A stretch of 64,000 nucleotides of DNA, from assembly GCA_964234715.1 (NCBI GenBank), contig OZ174280.1. One strand, written 5' to 3'. This document shows, piece after piece, positions 1 through 12,256 of the stretch. Under the pieces are notes generated by a model. That model made no database searches, was not told where the DNA came from, and saw nothing but the letters and a program-made list of their open reading frames with translations. Position 1 is the stretch's first letter. Each line of letters starts with the position of its first letter. This stretch comes from Podarcis melisellensis (lineage: Eukaryota). The translations under genes and the position numbers were made by a program.

Positions 1-3000
1 CTGCTTTCAAAGTTCATTCAATAACCATCTGGTCCGCCTAGCACTGCTCCATAGATATCAGAGACTGTTTCTTCCCAAAGATCATCACCATGGGGAGCAA
101 CAAAACTTGCCCAGTGTTTTAGAAATCTGTTGGGCATTGATTGGCTCTTTATGAACTTCCCTGGGCATGAAGTGGTAGAATGAACTGTTCCACTTCAGGT
201 TACAAAGACTGTGTGCATGTCACATTTTTAACGCTCCCCAATATAAAACATTCCCTACAAATAGGGAACAAAGCCTAACAATAAGTGAGGGATAACTTAG
301 GATCTTTCTCTCTGATACACTAGTATTTTTATTTATAAAGGCACCACATATATTCGAGCAGAATATTTGTGGTGAATATTTACATTAGAGAGCATTTTAA
401 AAATGGCATCCCTCCGCCTGCAGCCTGATGGTCCAGCTGCTACTTCAGGATTCTATTGCTTCTTTCATCTGCCTGCAAAAACCAGGCAGCTTCTGTTTCT
501 TAAGGCTACCCAGTACGCACACTTCTTTTTCAACTTGGTAATGTGGTTGTGGGTGCTGACTGTACCCTAAGCTATGAAGTGTCCTGCTTGAAGTTGTTTC
601 AGTTTTCACCAAGGATTATAGCACCTTTAGCTTTCCTTTCTTGCAGAAGAGGCAACAGTGCACATTCAACTGAAGTTTCCTATTTGCACAATGGACTCCT
701 TTCCTCCCTGTTTCACTATCTCTTGCTGAGTGGGTTGGGTGGCAAACTGCATCTGGGGTAGTTGTCCTTTTCTGCAGTTTTTTCTGCTAGTTTGATGTGT
801 GGATATTATGTTTTTGATGTGAAGAGGGAATCTGTTCCATAAAGTAACGCATGGTGTAAAATTGCACTGTCAGAGTGCCTTTGGGACATCTTCAGAATCA
901 GGATTTTAAACCCAAAGAATTTAAGAGGCGTCTCTGTGACGTAGCACTGTCCATATATCTGTGGCTCACGGTAGCTTCTGCTATCCCAGTCCTGGTCACC
1001 ATGTCTTCCAAGTGGCTGATCATGCAGCTGTAGCATCGTAAGAAAACATGGTGGCTGGAGCTGGCCTAGTGGCTGCCACTGCAAGCTTTTGGAGAAAGGT
1101 GGGAGAGAGCAGTGGGTGGTGAAGGCAGGCAAGAACCAGAGAGCCAGTTGGAGATGCTTTAGAGGCCTGATGCAGCTCATCAGCTGCCTATTGAGAAATG
1201 TCTATAGAGGAAGTTGTGGTATTGAAAGTAAACTAAGGGTTCCATGGAAAAAATGTAGAAAAAAATCTTGATGAGAAAGCAAGGGCAGGCATGCGCAAAG
1301 TATATTCCAGAACGTTGTGTGTTTAGCGCTGTCCAAGATTCAGAAAGGGTCACGTGCAAATTCCACATAAGTTGTCCAGGTCTGTATTTTTCCCCTCTCC
1401 AGGGATTTTGATACAGAGGAAATGCAAAACTGCTCTTGAATCGCTCTGGGATTGATCCAGAGTAAATTAGTTGCCCTTGGGTCCCAGTAAAATCAACACG
1501 AGTTGTTAGTCATGGCTTAAAACTTTGTTCCCATTGAAGCAAATGGGATCTAACTGCAATGTACTCTGTTTGGATCCAGCTTTCTTGAGTTTGGAATGCA
1601 GTTTGGGCTTCAGGCACAAAATCTGCTGATTGGGCAAATTGGGAGGGGAGACACGTGCATGCAGAATGCCACAATTTCTCCCTTAAATAGTTTTTGTGTC
1701 AGATCTCTGCATAGCTTTTAAACTTAAGGAATTTAGCAGTTTGCGGTGTTGGAGCGGGGGCACCTCCTCAGGGAGAAACTGGGGTAAAGTGGGTGTTTGG
1801 GGTGGGGGCTTTCTGTTCACAGCTATGCAAGCATTCAGGTCCCCTGTCGCTTTCTGAAGAACTGCAGTGGTAGTTATGTAACATCACTGCTGTCCGGCAT
1901 GCTCAGTTTTCTGTTCTGTGTTGGTGGTTGTTTTCTTTTAAGTGACCCAAACTGAGCCGGTGAAGTGTCAGGGGAAAGTTCAGGAAAAGGATGTTTGCTG
2001 TTTCGAGCAAAGCGCTGCAGCTCCTCTGTTCCCTTTCCATTTGCCAAGCTTGCTTCTTCCTACAACTAAAGCAGTTTGGAAACTGCCATGAACTGGCATT
2101 GCTACAAGTGGAAGGAGGCGATAAAAATGGGATACAATTTTAAGCAAAAGAGGAAGGCAGCTTCCTTGCTGCTGACCCAAAAAGCACCTGAACGTCTGAA
2201 GTGTTGGGTCTTAATAATAATTAAAATAATAATTGTAAAATACATATGCACACCTTGCATCATGGAGTTTCTGTAGGCATCATTGACTGGTGAATGTTAG
2301 CCTAGAATGCAGTTTGCTCTTCACAGGGCTAGTGCACCAGTCCACTTTGATGTGTCTAATTGACTGTATTCTGTGCTTAGATGGCAAATCATTGGTGGGT
2401 TTGGATGTTGTATAGCTCTGCTTTCCACTTAAACCTGTAAATTCATTCCTTAGGAGAGTAGAGGGGAAGAGTGGTCAACATATACCACGAGCAATAGCAG
2501 AAGGCATACTTGCCTGCAGTTCCAACTAAAGGACGGAAGAGGGCAGAGAGCAATTGGCCACATTCTCATGTCACACTCACTATAGTTCTGTATGACATGT
2601 TTGGAACAGAGTGAGCCTCATGTTTGGCCATTCTCCTGTCCTGCCAAGTGGCCAGGGGGAGTTCAGAAATGTTTGCCTCCACTCTTACTTAACTCCTGTT
2701 TGTTGTGTCATCCAGACAAGCAAACTGAGGTTTATACTAACTGCAGTTACTTTCAAACAAGCCAGCTACAAACCACGGTGGCTGAAGCTGGCTTGTTTAA
2801 ACTAACCATAGTTCTGGGTCAGGACAACATGGCATTCTGTGGTTAATCAAGAGCAGAAGTTATGAAAGGAGTAGTGTACAAGCTGCAGTTCTTGGCTAAT
2901 ACATCAAGCCACTGTGTGATCTCTGTCTTGCAGCAGGTTTCAATATCTTCCTAGCTTTATGAATGCTAGCAGATTCCACATTATCTCTACAGGACTATCC

Positions 3001-3164
3001 CAACAAAGCAGGTCCCTTGCATCCCCGACCATTGGCTGTTGTAACCTTTTGTTGATATGTCTTACGAAATACATCATGTTTCTTTTGAACCACCGTTGTT
3101 TTGTAGTTTGAAGTTGGTCAAAAAGGCTCATTCTGTTTTAACACTCTCTTGTGTTTTCATTCAG

Positions 3165-3324
3165 GACTGGGAGTTTTTAGTCCTTGAGAAGTTAAAGTGG
3201 GACCTAGTGTCAGTGATAGCCAATGACTTCTTGGATCATATTCTCCAGCGGCTCTCACTTCCCCAGCAGAAGGTGGACTTGGTGAAGAAGCATGCACAGA
3301 CGTTCATTGCATTGTGTGCTACAG
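3165..3324 (+). CDS. CCND3: G1/S-specific cyclin D3, coding exon 3 (exons 1-2 lie upstream of the window)
   Basis: ttcattcag|GAC...ACAG|gtatgt, 160 nt. Translates DWEFLVLEKLKWDLVSVIANDFLDHILQRLSLPQQKVDLVKKHAQTFIALCAT, a D-cyclin box. The neighbouring BYSL and MED20 genes identify it as CCND3. Confidence 0.95.
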
Positions 3325-4167
3325 GTATGTCCTGCAAAAGGTGACCTTCCCTGGAATGGTGGAGCATAGTTAAATTACAGGCTAAAATGAAACAGAACTT
3401 GATTTTTATCCCTAGCTATACTAAACAAATTATCAGTGGCCTCTTAGGATCTCATTTTTTAGAGAGACCCAGCTTTTTCCCATTGATACTAGAACCCTTG
3501 ACCTCTTTGGTTTCTCATGACTGAAAGGCAAGGATGATGAATATTAGGCAAACTATTGTTTCTAAGGTTTCCTTGTTGAAATTTGTCACAAAATTTGTCA
3601 CATATTAAAGACACATCCACCCCAGCACTCTGCTCTCAGAAGCATCTAGCATTTGGCTACTAAAATAATTGGCTCTCCCTTGATAGTCTTTTGGGCTGGG
3701 ACAGTTTGTACAACAACATTGCAGAGTGCTGTCTTTGTTTGATTTAAATGAGAATGCAATGTGTAAGCCCACCAAATAGAATGGTAAAATCCATTTGTCC
3801 ATCTGAAGTTAACACCTCAACACGGTGGGGGTGGGAGCTCCTCTCAACTCACTTTCTTCCTTCACATGAGAAATGCCTGAAGAGGACTTCAGTGTTCCTC
3901 CTGTCCATTGGCCACTCCTGGAAAACCTGCTCATAATATTCTATTGGCAAACTATTTCTGTAAGCTAATGGATTGCGTGCTTTTAAGATGCTGTAGCTGG
4001 ATGGTGGGAAGTCCTAGGACCTCTCAGGGACAATAGGAAAGGCCTTAATGGTAATGTGTTTGTTTGTGGGGTGCTGTTATGACACCTTTGCTGGAAGCTG
4101 TAGTGAGCAAAGAATTTGTGTCATCCTTTCTCCTGACACCCTCTCTTCTTCCGCCTTGAATTTGTAG

Positions 4168-4310
4168 ATTACACATTTGCTATGTATCCCCCATCCATGA
4201 TTGCTACTGGAAGCATTGGAGCGGCAGTCCATGGCCTCTCTACCTCATCCGATGATTTTTCTGGCGAGGAGCTTACAGAACTGCTTGCTAGCATTACTGG
4301 CACAGAGGTG
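4168..4310 (+). CDS. CCND3: cyclin D3 coding exon 4
   Basis: tttgtag|AT TAC ACA...GAG GTG|gtgagt, 143 nt, phase continues from exon 3. (D)YTFAMYPPSMIATGSIGAAVHGL...ELTELLASITGTEV. Confidence 0.95.
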
Positions 4311-6025
4311 GTGAGTATGTGCTCAGTGGGGAACAGGGCTCTGGTTCTGGGGAGTTGGGATCCTACTTGCATTTTGCTGTTTGACTCAAGACAAGCTTAC
4401 TCTGGCTTCATCTGCTCAAGTCCAGAGATCTTGCTTTCACTTATGAAGTGGCATTTGGCATCTCTCTGCAGAAACTATTGCATGTGCCTCACCTGCCGAC
4501 CTCTTTGTTTTAGAGGCACACGACAGCCATGCAGTATTATGATGACAATTATTTCAATCCAACCTTTATGTTAATTAGATGTCCAAGGCAGCTAATAAGG
4601 CCAGGAAAACCTGCAGCAATAAAGCATATCACATCAATGAATACATTGTAAAAGTAGTAGCATTAAGTCCAGGAAGTGCCTGAGCTGCAGCCACCTTTTT
4701 AAGTGTACAAAGCACATGAGGAGACGTATGTTTGGAGAGAACCTCTGCTCCATTCATCTTGGTGGAGTAGCTGCTCTTTTGGGAAGAAAGGCTTCAGGAC
4801 TGAAAGTTACTGTCTTATTTTATAACCTAAGTGCACACCTGTGAGGCAGGAAGGGTGCATTATAACAGAGAGAAATAAATGGGGAATGGGACAGACATAC
4901 TGTACGCAAGATCAAGCAAGAGGGTCTGTGTCAAGGTAAGGCAATTTGGGGGCATATTTCCTTAATATATTCCGTGCCAGTGACTTAGTGTAATCCTATA
5001 CAGAAGCTGGCCCTTCTGAGTTTATTGGCCTTGCTCTGCAGTAAGTGTGTCTTCGAACTGTACCTTTAACCAGCCCCCAGGGCCCCTTGCCATATAAAAA
5101 TCATTTAATCTGAGAAGGGTGTTTTATTAGCAAAATTTATAATCCATCTGATTGTAAATAGAACCCCCTTGCAGTTTACCAAAAACAAAAACGTGGAAAT
5201 TGTCGTTAAAATACAATGTTAAAACAGGTATTTAAGTATTTCGAATCGTAATTAAAGTTACTCTAAAACAAATTAAAATATATGTCAACAAAATTGGTTT
5301 CAGCAAATAGTCTATTTCTTTCCCACAGAAATTCACAGCTGTACATGTGGAGGACTCTTATTATTACATGCAGGCCCCAGAAGGGCATGGTCAGTGGGAA
5401 GAGGGCTAGCAGATGCAGTCCTCCTTTCATTCATTCACTCACTTAGTGCATGGAAGGGGGGTGAGAGATGCCTGACAAGCCCCTGTTGTACCATGTATTG
5501 TGGCATTTCCAGCCTGGGCCCCCTTTGTTTCTCTTACCCTGTGGGTCTGCTGATAGCGCCATCATATTGTAGGTTCAGAGAGGGTAGAGTCATAAGTATC
5601 TGCAGTACACTACCATCCTTTGAAATGATCCTTTGGACAAGGACAGTTCTTGTGGTTCGGTTTATCGTCCTGTTCATGCTGCCCCAAAATATTGTGCAAG
5701 GTGTCCTTCTGGAGTTCTGCAGCCTCTCCTTTCTGCGTTGGTCCCCCTTGGATGGATAGAGCATGAAAAGCTGCAGTGGAAGGAGAAATCTGGGCAGCCC
5801 AGGTGTGGCATGAGGGCAGTTCCATAACCTGTGTTATCCCATTAGACAGAGTGGGGAAACATTTTCAGCCAGAGGGCTGTGTTCCCTTTATGGACATCCT
5901 TTCAGGGGCCACATACAAGCTCTGGCCCTGGCCAGAGGCAAAATGGGTGGGGAACCAAATGTAAATTTCACTTTTGTACTGCAAGCTATATTCTACAAAT
6001 GTTTGTAGCCCTCTTTATCCACTAT

Positions 6026-6378
6026 GAGGACATGGGTGGCACTGTGGGTTAATCCACAGAGCCTAGGACTTGCCGATCAGAAGGTCGGCGGTTCGAATCC
6101 CCACGACGGGGTGAGCTCCCGTATCTCGGTCCCTGCTCCTGCCAACCTAGCAGTTCGAAAGTACATCAAAGTGCAAGTAGATAAATAGGTACCGCTCGGG
6201 CGGGAAGGTAAACGGTGTTTCCGTGTGCTGCTCTGGTTCGCCAGAAGCAGCTTAGTCATGCTGGCCACATGACCTGGAAGCTGTACACCGGCTCCCTCGG
6301 CCTATAGAGCGAGATGAGCGCCGCAACCCCAGAGTCGGTCACAACTGGACCTAAAGGTCAGGGGTCCCTTTACCTTTA
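6026..6378 (+). mobile_element. Sauria SINE, full length, in CCND3 intron 4
   Basis: tRNA-derived head with B-box GGTTCGAATCC at 6090-6100, conserved body shared with the copies at 23869 and 48312, and an ACCTTT-type tail. Confidence 0.9.
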
Positions 6379-9300
6379 TCCTCCATACAGACAAGCAGGA
6401 GGCATTATTAGAGGATGCATTCCTGCAAATGCTCAAGATACAAAGCTGGCCCAGCTAGGGGTGTGGCCTGAGGAGACTCCTAAGGACCTGGCAGAGAGGT
6501 CTGCAGGGCTGCACTTCTTCCCCACCCCACCCCTGCTGCAAGAGCAGCCATCCCAGCTTGTGACGTCAAGGACAATGGACCTTTTTTCAGCAGCTTGGAG
6601 ACTAATTACTTAATTTGGCACAAGATTCTGCACGGAACAGCTTATTTCATCATGTCCGGGTATCCATTGAGAAGAGCCCATTCTTTCTTAAACTCCCGTC
6701 TGATGCGGAAGGGCTTGCATCCTCCAAGAAACGGAAGACACCGTTGGCTTTCTTCGCCTACTCAATGCAAAGACTGCATGGTTGGCAGGCTTTCCTCTCT
6801 ATCCTTCGCTTCCCTCCTGATTCCCAAGCTAGTGTTCGCTTCTTGGTCCAGAGCCAGCGCAGCAAGTGGCTGTGTCTCTTCCCTGGCCGGTGGGGGTTGA
6901 CATGAATTTGGCTGTTTCTCTAAAGCCCAACCACGTTTCCCAAATGTGCCGTGCCAGCTCCTGGCCCGCTGCTGAATGGGTGATGGCTGCATGATGCAGG
7001 TGGCTCTCCCACTGATGGCTTGCATGAGGTCCCAGATCAGTTGCTCCTCTTTGTCCCGGGTACACAGGAGGCCTTTGAAAAACAGCCATTCACCTCAGCG
7101 GACAGGTGTTAGGGATTGGGCTGGCCGATGGGGCAGGGATAGAACCAGCTTAGCATCTGTTCATGTGGCGCGGTGTCAGAATCCTGTCAGGGGCAAGCAT
7201 GGAGGCCAAAGAGGTTCATTTCAAGCAGAATTCCAGGGTGCTCCCTGGGTGCCAGAGGGGCATCAGAGAGGAGGGGGAAGCTGGGCTTTTTGTGTCTCCC
7301 ACTACCTGGCAAAAGCTGAAAGGCAGAGCGAAGGCTCTGGGATTGGACCTCTCCCGCAGATCCAGCCATCGCTGCTTGACAGTCATGGAGCAGACACTTA
7401 TCTCTTGCTGGGTTTTCTTTGGCCTCTTGCCCTAGTCTCTGAATTGCCCGCAGCCAGCTGCTTGCAAGCTGCTGCTGTGAAGGAGGCGGAGTTTGAATGC
7501 TGGTCCTCTGAGCACAGTTGATCGAAGACAGCAGAGAACAGGTGGGAGGTGGGGAGAGGATTACAAAAGTGACCCAGATTAGAAGCACTAAAAGTAGCCA
7601 AGGCTTGGTGCCACAAAGAAGCTTGGGCCTAGCTTACGTTGGAACGCTGAGCTTATCTTGCGGGCTGGGAGGGTCTTTCCCTTGCCCGGTTCCTTTTGGC
7701 TGCTCTTCAGCTCTTTGTGTCTTTTTGAAGTTAATTAGAAGACAAGCTCGGGGTGAAGATGCCTCTTTGTGGTGTCCCCTGCCATCTCATCTGCCACGCC
7801 TAACAGGCTTTTGCTGAAGGTTCAATGGGTAGGGGCTTCAAACTGTGGCTCTGTTCTCACTTGGTTGGCCCTCTTGAGGTGAAAATGCTACTTCATATTA
7901 AAGGAGCATACATCACTAAATTATATATCTGGGTAGGCTTTCTGGTATTTATATTAGGCCTGCCTCATTTTAATAGATGCTTCCATGATGTTTTGCCTAC
8001 AAAGGTACCAGTCCAATTAAGATGATGTGCTTGGAGCCTACCAAGAAGTTTGGTTAATATCAGTCAAAGGGTTCATGGTTTGGTTTTTTTGGTTACCTCT
8101 TGAGCTGTTGGTTACTATGCAGGTTCCAGTGACCCAGATAGTACCTATTTTTTTCTCTGCCAGTTCATCTTCTGTAGTAAACATGCATCCTCAAGGCTAG
8201 ATAACATATTCAGTCGTAATCAACCTTTGATTTCTGCTGCATTCCAGTTTTGCTTGATTTTTACTTGGGGTCAGGAGAACATGCTCTGTATCTACTTCAG
8301 AACATGAGTTTAGGCTGCTAGTCTGGGACTTTGTACATACTGCGATATTCTGTCCGTAGTTATTCAATCTTCCTGTTTTGGGTATCTGTCTGTTGCAAGC
8401 CACATCAGCTGGCACAACTTTTAAAATCCTGAGACTTGAGTTTTCGTTCTCATGTTTCTAGTCCTCACTGTCAAAGAAAGTTAAGTGTGAGACTGGGGTA
8501 GTGGAGACTGGCTCACAAACAAAAAGGATGTAGAATAGTATTTGTGTGATCTGAACCTACCTTATACCTCCTATTTCTTCCCCACACCTGCATTCTTTCC
8601 TTTCCTATCAATATTGTCAGTTTCATCCATTTAATTAATTGCTTCTCAGGGTTAGCTGAGGATAAACACATTTAGATACAAATTGCTTTTCACTGGTGTT
8701 ACATCACATTAGCCAGCATGTTACTGCCCACCCTCCATCCCTGAGTTGCCCCATGTCTTGTGCTGGCATCTCTCTTGCCTACAACTCACTGGACACTTCC
8801 AGAAGCTCAGAAACATGCTTTGAAGGGTCAGTTTGAATCTTTATGGCTGGCAATAGGCCATGCTGTTCCTGTAGACATACAGCACTGGTTCATCATAGCC
8901 ACATTGCAAGATCACAAGTTCTTTAGAAGGGTGCCTTCCATTGGTTCATCAGTGCTAACCCAATGGCACTCCAGATGTTTCTGGCCTTCAGCTCTTTCAC
9001 ATGGCCAGTGGTTAGGGATTATGGGGGTTGTATTTCAGCATTATCTGGAGCACCAAAGATATTAGCTGCCTTATTCTCCACTGAGCAGTAGCACCTCTCC
9101 AGGGTACAAGACCGCCCTGAAGAAACTGGAAATTCAACTTGGGGTTTTCTTCATGCAGCACATGCATTCTACCACTCTTAATAGTCCCTCGGTTTCTGAA
9201 CAGTGCTGGAATCCCCTCTGCAAAACAGACTTGCAAGGTTCAATTCACAAAAAAGCAGCTTTTGGTTCCCATGCATAAACCCATACACGTGCTTCTGAAT

Positions 9301-11059
9301 TCCTTTAATCAATCCTCCTCCTTTCATAGCGTTGCTTCCCGTTCCTTCCCCTGCACCCACAAACTGGCCAATCAATTTAGAATGGCCTTTGCTGAGCCCT
9401 GGCTTCTGTTGGGTGGAGGTTTTAGAGGCCACGGTTACTGGAACTGTCTTGGGGAAGGAGTGTTGGGTGTTGCTATTTTTACTTGCCACATCCTCTGTCA
9501 ATTTCTAAGAACTAAATGTGGATTCTTTGTAAGATTATGTATGTGGCAGGATCCTGCAAATGGACCCAGCCTCGGGGAGCCGGCTGGGGATCCAATCAGA
9601 ACCCCGTCGCTCTGCAGTACAAAATGTCAGTTTTCTTGTAAGCTGGGCCTTTAGAGGAGGAGGTGCAGCAGCAGCAGCGATGGGGTTCATTGGGGCTCAC
9701 CACCGTGACTCATTGCAAAACGAGAGGGGTTTCCTCATCTCAAATCGTTGCTGCATGCGGCTCCTCCCAAGCGTAAGGTCAAGATTTCCCCTTGCATTCA
9801 TGCAGTTGCCTTGGCAGTAGCATTCTCAGTCACATGCAGGCTAGTGCATTCAAAGTGGGGTGGGGTTCAGGGTACTGCTGAACACTTTCTAGTGCTATGA
9901 CATAAAAGCAATTAGCCTTCAAAGAAAGTTCTAGAACAGTGCAGACCCCATGTTTCAAAAGCCATGCCATGGACACCCTACATTTGAAAATTTTGATATC
10001 TCTGTGGTAGTTTTTGTTCATTGGGGGGGGGGGCAGGGGACACATGTCTTCTGACCTACTTAAGAGCACTGCCCCCCCCCCACGGGATATCCTGGACAAT
10101 TGACAAGTACATTCCACAGACCAACCAATTGAGAAGCACTGTTCATGGTCTTATATTCTAAGACAGGCTTATAGATTATAATGGAAGCTTTGCAGGGTTG
10201 GGGAGTGGGTGAATGGGGGGGGGGCTGAATATATTGCATGTGTGGAGTAGCTAGGGTTGAAACCCTACATCTTTCAGATACTTAATATAGCAATCAGTGG
10301 TTTGGGGAGGGAAATTTTTTGCAATGCCTTACTTGTCCATGGAAATGTTTCCATTTTCTAAATTCCTTAGTAACAAGGATGGGTGCCAGTTGCAAATAAG
10401 TAAGAGGCAAGCTTGGCAGTTTTGAAGTTATTAGCTTTGCATAATAAATACAAGTAAAATAAACACACTTAAATTAGATCACTCTCTAGGATAGGGTTGG
10501 GGAATTGGATCTGGCTGGTGGGCCAGATCTTTATCTCCATGCCAAGGCCCCCCCCCATGAGTGAAGTTTGACAGGTGGGTGGGATCACCCACTTGTCAAT
10601 CAACTGATGTCACAGTGACACCTGGTGATTCCCTTTTTGCTTGCGCAGTTTGAAACCAAACCACAAAGGTAAAAAAGTGGACAGCATTTCCCTGTCACTG
10701 ACTATCAGCTGATTATTGTTTCTTGGGAAGCACTGAATGCAGAGCTTGCAAATCCCCTTGCACAGGACTTCCCAAGTGCCAGCAATCAGCTGATTAACAC
10801 AGCTTTGCAAACCCTGAGCAGAAAAAGCAATGATAAGGACTAGGGCAAATTCTGACTTCACATAAAAGTTTGTAAGGTGTGAAGTGTTAGTGACTGACCA
10901 GGAATGAGATTTTGGTCTGTTAGGTTGAATAAAATGTTAACCCAGTGTACAGCAGTTCTAAAAAGGGCAAAATCTGTATTAGGGAGCACTAGAAAAAACG
11001 GACTAACAATCAAACTGCCAAGATCATAAAAGTGTTACACAAACACATGTTGTCACCGC

Positions 11060-11540
11060 ACTTGGACTGCAGTTTGCAGTTCTGGTGGCCACATCACAAA
11101 AAGGATATCATAGAGCTGGAGAATGTTAAGAAAAGGGCAACTCGCTAGTGAGGAAAAATTACAACATTTGAGGTCTTTTATGTTTAAGAACAAAGGCAAG
11201 TAAGGAGGAGCAGAGTGTAGAGAAACGAAACAGAGAAGTCTCCCCCCTCCTTTCATAATACCAGAACTAGAGGTCATTCAATGAAGCTGAACACGGGAAG
11301 GTTCAGGGCAGACAAAGGAAAGTATTTCTTCACACATAAACTGTGAAATTCGCCCCTACAGGATATAGAAATGGCTAGCAGCTTGGGTGATTTTGTACCG
11401 CCTCCATTCTCAGAGGTGGCATGTCTCTGAGTACCAGCTATGGTGTTGCTCTCCTGTCCTGCTTGCAGGCTTTCCAAAAGCACCATGTTGGCTACTGTGA
11501 GATCTAGATGAGCCTTTGGTCTGATCTAACGGGCATCGTA
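11060..11540 (+). mobile_element. CR1 LINE 3' fragment (degenerate)
   Basis: Degenerate RT C-terminus (QFW.P..KKDI..LE...KRAT; TRGH.MKL...RFR.DK.KYFFT) followed by a CR1-type 3'UTR. Confidence 0.75.
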
Positions 11541-12085
11541 GTCCTGAGAACTGCAGACTGTGAGACTATTGCCATTGAATTTTTTAATGAGTATTTTCAA
11601 AAGGCTCCAAGGGAAAGACTCACAGAAGCCGCATTCAGACTCAGTATTTGCTAGATGTGTGGAGGCACAACTGTAGGGTAATTTAGCCTGCTGGAATTCA
11701 TATTTGAAACACTTAATTTTTTTCAAGTAGAGGCAAAGTCTCCGCCGTCAGGTACTGGTCACCTATATAGAATGCTTGAGCCTGGTCTCAGGCTTAGGAT
11801 ACAGAACAAGGATAAGGTATTTCTAACCCTACTTCATAAGACCTTCCTGTTCATACATATCTAAGAATAATAGAATAATCAGAACTCTACTAGGATGCTC
11901 GTTGCCCCGCAAACCCCTTTGCATGATATTGAAGAAGAAATTTACTGTGAATGTGCTCCACTGGAGCAGAAAAGCCTATCCTCCGAACCAACCAAAGCAT
12001 AGATGTTTGAAGGAGCTCTGTTATTGCTGCAGTGAAAATTTAAGTGGAAATGAACAGCACCCCCTTCTTCTCTCTTCTTTCCCAG

Positions 12086-12256
12086 GACTGCCTGAAAGCT
12101 TGTCAGGAGCAGATTGAGGTGGCCTTAGCAGAGAACCTGAAACAGACCTCACAGCCTCGGCAAGAGTACAGCCCCTCCAAGGACGCCGTTTACCCTGACA
12201 GCCAGGATGTCAGCCTGACCAGCACACCTACGGATGTCACAGACATCAACCTGTGA
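12086..12256 (+). CDS. CCND3: cyclin D3 last coding exon, with PEST region and Thr-Pro phosphodegron
   Basis: cttctttcccag|GAC TGC CTG. DCLKACQEQIEVALAENLKQ...TSTPTDVTDINL*. TPTDV is the conserved D-cyclin degron. Confidence 0.95.
   Translation, partial: DCLKACQEQIEVALAENLKQTSQPRQEYSPSKDAVYPDSQDVSLTSTPTDVTDINL

Noticed and set aside
6595-7616. ORFs of 72-181 aa as a nested protein-coding gene, including a TVKQRWLDLRER stretch faintly like a Myb/MADF helix and a LFFKGLLC stretch faintly like gypsy pol
   Set aside because: The similarities are too short, the flanking residues do not fit, and no consistent exon chain emerges. Kept only as an unexplained region.
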